From Lytechinus pictus (taxonomy: Eukaryota), in assembly GCF_037042905.1 (NCBI RefSeq), contig NC_087245.1, positions 37,016,001 to 37,080,000 on the forward strand: a DNA stretch of 64,000 nt, read 5' to 3'. Positions 63,533 through 64,000 of the stretch are shown here, piece after piece. Position numbers and translations under genes: made by a program. A model generated the notes under the pieces. It was not told the DNA's origin. It was given only the letters and a program-made list of their open reading frames with translations, and made no database searches. Position 1 is the first letter of the stretch, and every line of letters starts with the position of its first letter.

Positions 63533-64000
63533 TTAAAGGTCAAGTCCACCCCAACAAAATGTTGAATTGAATCAATAGAGAAAAATCAGACAAGCACAAT
63601 GCTGAAAATTTCATCAAAATCGGATGTAAAATAAGAAAGTTATGACATTTCAAAGTTTCGCTTATTTTTAACAAAATAGTTATATGAACGAGCCAGTTAC
63701 ATCCAAATTAGAGAGTCGATGATGTCACTCACTCACTATTTCTTTTGTTTTTTATTGTTTGAATTACACAATATTTCAATTTTTACGAATTTGACGATTA
63801 GGACCTCCTTGCCTGAACCACAAAATGTTAAAATAATGGAATTCCACGTATTCAGGGAGGAATGAAACTTCATTTCACATGACAATGACGAGAAAATCAA
63901 AATATTTCATAATTCATATAATAAAATACAAAAGAAATAGTGAGTGAGTGATGTCATCAGTTCCCTCATTTGCATACCGACCGGGATGTGCATATAACTC
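63533..64000. mobile_element. TTAA/Kolobok-like MITE cut by the window end
   Basis: Highly similar to 61120-61730. Confidence 0.88.

Overview
AT-rich, repeat-dense animal genomic DNA; the repeat types and gene style suggest an echinoid (sea urchin), which is an inference. Two protein-coding genes are supported. (1) A complete 10-exon ZC3H15 (DFRP1/Tma46 family) orthologue on + (CDS 1023-19793, 1284 nt, 427 aa). Its intron 1 uses a GC donor, and its 3'UTR may run to about 25.15 kb. (2) An intronless histamine H3/H4-like class A GPCR on - (33472-32309, 387 aa from the first ATG). The rest is introns and intergenic DNA full of non-autonomous elements: Helentron-type HINEs, TTAA/Kolobok-like MITEs, hAT-like MITEs, tRNA-derived SINEs, LINE 3' ends, a 1.86-kb solo LTR and a 1.05-kb foldback element. 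The best leads are a coding-like 144-aa ORF 29 nt after the ZC3H15 stop, HINE arrays carrying nuclear-receptor DR1 sites inside a fresh 1989-bp tandem duplication, the foldback element's palindrome-plus-spacer core, decayed copies of the exon 9 donor region, an atypical GPCR ligand pocket, and a CpG-decay footprint over the gene body. No prokaryote-type system (CRISPR, operon) is supported. Everything was read by eye; no database searches were run.
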